Assembly: GCA_964435515.1 (NCBI GenBank)
Contig: CAYSZD010000004.1
Coordinates: 11,955 to 75,954 of the forward strand
Length of the DNA: 64,000 bases
DNA from: an uncultured Gammaproteobacteria bacterium
Lineage (GTDB): Bacteria; Patescibacteriota; Patescibacteriia; Patescibacteriales; UBA12465
Direction: 5' to 3'
A program made the translations under genes and the position numbers. Below are positions 62,496-64,000 of this stretch, in pieces. The first letter of the stretch is position 1, and each line of letters begins with the position of its first letter. The notes under the pieces were generated by a model that had not been told where the DNA came from, did not search any database, and was given only the letters and a program-made list of their open reading frames with translations.

Positions 62496-62578
62496 TAAGC
62501 TAATTATAGCTAATCTTTACAAAATCTATAATCCATACTATGCTTGCTTTAGATTAATTAATATTTAACATAATTTAT

Positions 62579-62701
62579 ATGGCAAAAAGAAGCACTGGGG
62601 TAGGAAAGGGTAAAAAATCCAAATCCCACAAAACAGCAAAACGTTTAGAAATTAAAAGAGTAATGCTGGAAGAAAAGGCTAAAAAAAGAAATAAAGGATA
62701 A
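62579..62701 (+). CDS. candidate 40-aa highly basic protein (below the ORF-track cutoff)
   Basis: Translation: MAKRSTGVGKGKKSKSHKTAKRLEIKRVMLEEKAKKRNKG. Upstream is TTTACA-N17-TATGCT. The terminator at 62707-62740 follows immediately. Confidence 0.35.
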   Translation: MAKRSTGVGKGKKSKSHKTAKRLEIKRVMLEEKAKKRNKG

Positions 62702-62706
62702 AATAC

Positions 62707-62740
62707 AAGAAGCTGAGAATCCCTTAGCTTCTTTTATTTT
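62707..62740 (+). terminator. rho-independent terminator
   Basis: AAGAAGCT / AGCTTCTT stem followed by a T-rich tail. Confidence 0.7.
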
Positions 62741-62747
62741 AAAATCT

Positions 62748-63746
62748 ATGCAAAAAACTATACTCTTTTTAATGGGCCCTCTAAACCCAGCTACAACAGA
62801 TAATAATTATCAAGATTCTTATACACTGCTTGCCTCAAGTTTAATAGATTTAAAGTATATTGATCAGGCTATTTTCTTATATAACAACAATAAAGATAAG
62901 ATAAAAATAAAAGATAATCAGTTAATCATAGACTCTCTAACTAATATTAATAAATATCTTAATAAAAAATATTTAGCTGTTTTTATTCGTGGAAATTGGC
63001 AAGAGCATAAAACACTTTTAAAAAGATTAAATTATAAGCTGCTATATTTTTATGCTGCTGATAGTCAATTTCTGCCTACTTATATCAAAAAAGATGTTTT
63101 TGACTATATTTTTACTGACAACAAACAACAAAAAAGCATTGTTCAACTAAAATATCCACGAGCTAAGTCTATGGTATTTGATAAAAGTGTTAATGAAAAA
63201 ATTTATAGACCTATAAAAATAAAAAAGAGATATGATTTATGTTACATAGCTAATTTTAGGCCTTGGAAAAATCACAATCAGCTCTTTAGTGCGATTAGAA
63301 AATATCAATTAAAGCATCAATGTATATTAAACATAGCTTTAGCTGGTAAATTAAATGATAATTTAGATGAATTAAAAGTTTTATTAAACAAATATGAGAT
63401 TAAAGCCGATTTGTTTAATCAAGTTAAGACCCAGACAGTCGCTAAAATATTAAATCAGTCTAAATTTAGCGTTCAATGTGGCGAACTTGATGCTAACCCT
63501 AGGGCCCTAACAGAAAGCCTAGCTTGCGACACACCAGTCTTAGTTAATAAGGAAATTACAGGTGGCGGCCATTTGATAAATAAAATGACAGGTAAACTAA
63601 TGAGTTTAAATCAATTTCAACTGGGAATTGAATATATGTTAGATAATTATAAGTCATTTAAAGCTAGGCAATATTTTTTACATCATTTAAAAACTAAAGA
63701 TATTGCTAAAAATTGTTTTTACGCTTTAAATAATCACGTTGATTAG
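62748..63746 (+). CDS. putative glycosyltransferase (GT-B C-terminal-domain-like)
   Basis: The C-terminal half (CYIANFRPWKNHNQLF...GELDANPRALTESLACDTPVLV) resembles GT4-type nucleotide-sugar binding domains. The N-terminal half is unrecognised. Confidence 0.5.
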   Translation: MQKTILFLMGPLNPATTDNNYQDSYTLLASSLIDLKYIDQAIFLYNNNKDKIKIKDNQLIIDSLTNINKYLNKKYLAVFIRGNWQEHKTLLKRLNYKLLYFYAADSQFLPTYIKKDVFDYIFTDNKQQKSIVQLKYPRAKSMVFDKSVNEKIYRPIKIKKRYDLCYIANFRPWKNHNQLFSAIRKYQLKHQCILNIALAGKLNDNLDELKVLLNKYEIKADLFNQVKTQTVAKILNQSKFSVQCGELDANPRALTESLACDTPVLVNKEITGGGHLINKMTGKLMSLNQFQLGIEYMLDNYKSFKARQYFLHHLKTKDIAKNCFYALNNHVD

Positions 63747-63773
63747 ATCTAATATAAATGATATTATAGCTAT

Positions 63774-64000
63774 ATGAAAGATAAAATAAATTGGACAAAA
63801 CAACTTAATTCAATCAAAGAAAAAGCTACTGAGGCAAGATTAATGGTTTTAGAATTATTAGAGAAAAATAAAAAACCTATTAGCGCAGAAGAGATTATTA
63901 CTAAAAGTAAACTAGATAAAGCCACTGCCTACAGAGTCCTTAACTTTCTTCAAGATAAAGCTATCATCCGCTTGATAGACCTAAGACAAGGAAAAAGATT
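63774..64000 (+). CDS. Fur-family transcriptional regulator, 3'-truncated by window edge
   Basis: ATEARLMVLELLEKNKKPISAEEIITKSKLDKATAYRVLNFLQDKAIIRLIDL is the Fur/Zur/PerR winged-helix N-domain. Confidence 0.7.
   Translation, partial: MKDKINWTKQLNSIKEKATEARLMVLELLEKNKKPISAEEIITKSKLDKATAYRVLNFLQDKAIIRLIDLRQGKR

Noticed and set aside
63747-63773. Fur-box-like ATAAATGATATTATAG upstream of the Fur-family gene.
   Set aside because: It bears only a loose resemblance to the GATAATGATAATCATTATC consensus in very AT-rich DNA, and cannot be distinguished from a plain -10 region.

Overview
This is an AT-rich, gene-dense window with most genes on the + strand and standard-code usage (TGA acts as a stop). 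By inference from gene content, it looks like a small-genome Patescibacteria/CPR-type bacterium. The supporting content is a membrane H+-pyrophosphatase, an archaeal-type class I FBA, O-antigen-ligase/TPR fusions, DUF192/DUF3048/DUF4230 proteins, giant surface proteins and many orphan membrane proteins.

Housekeeping genes I can support:
- rlmH, HU, lexA, hppA, dtd, mnmA, parA-parB-dnaE
- a SEDS (RodA/FtsW) protein and L25/Ctc
- prmC-prfA-rpmE, greA, lysS, an sppA with a disrupted 5' end, and a GH3 hydrolase
- partial genes at both edges: an ABC-3 permease on the left and a Fur-family regulator on the right

RNA genes are RNase P RNA (type A), tRNA-Leu(CAA) on the minus strand and tRNA-Gln(CUG). 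There are two envelope-glycan clusters, at 27.2-30.9 kb and 49.9-55.1 kb.

I saw no rRNA, CRISPR array, transposase, integrase or reverse transcriptase.

The regions most worth a second look:
1. A ~660-nt ORF-free, heavily base-paired leader or ncRNA at 8287-8946. It lies in front of a 1175-aa S-layer-like repeat protein, inside an island with two ECF sigma factors and two distinct ECF-type promoter classes.
2. A recurring operator, AAGTCTA-N6/8-TAGACTT, tied to a small HTH gene.
3. A promoter-to-terminator mini-transcript that abuts the start codon of an NYN-domain gene.
4. A two-gene operon encoding a 1136-aa protein that combines a papain-like amidase, a lamin-tail domain, a poly-Glu/Asp tract and two LamG-like domains.
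5. A structured, GC-elevated spacer upstream of rnpB.
6. An sppA 5' end broken by two compensating homopolymer frameshifts.
7. Several unannotated small ORFs.

All RNA ends, promoters and family assignments come from reading the sequence by eye. No searches or folding programs were run.
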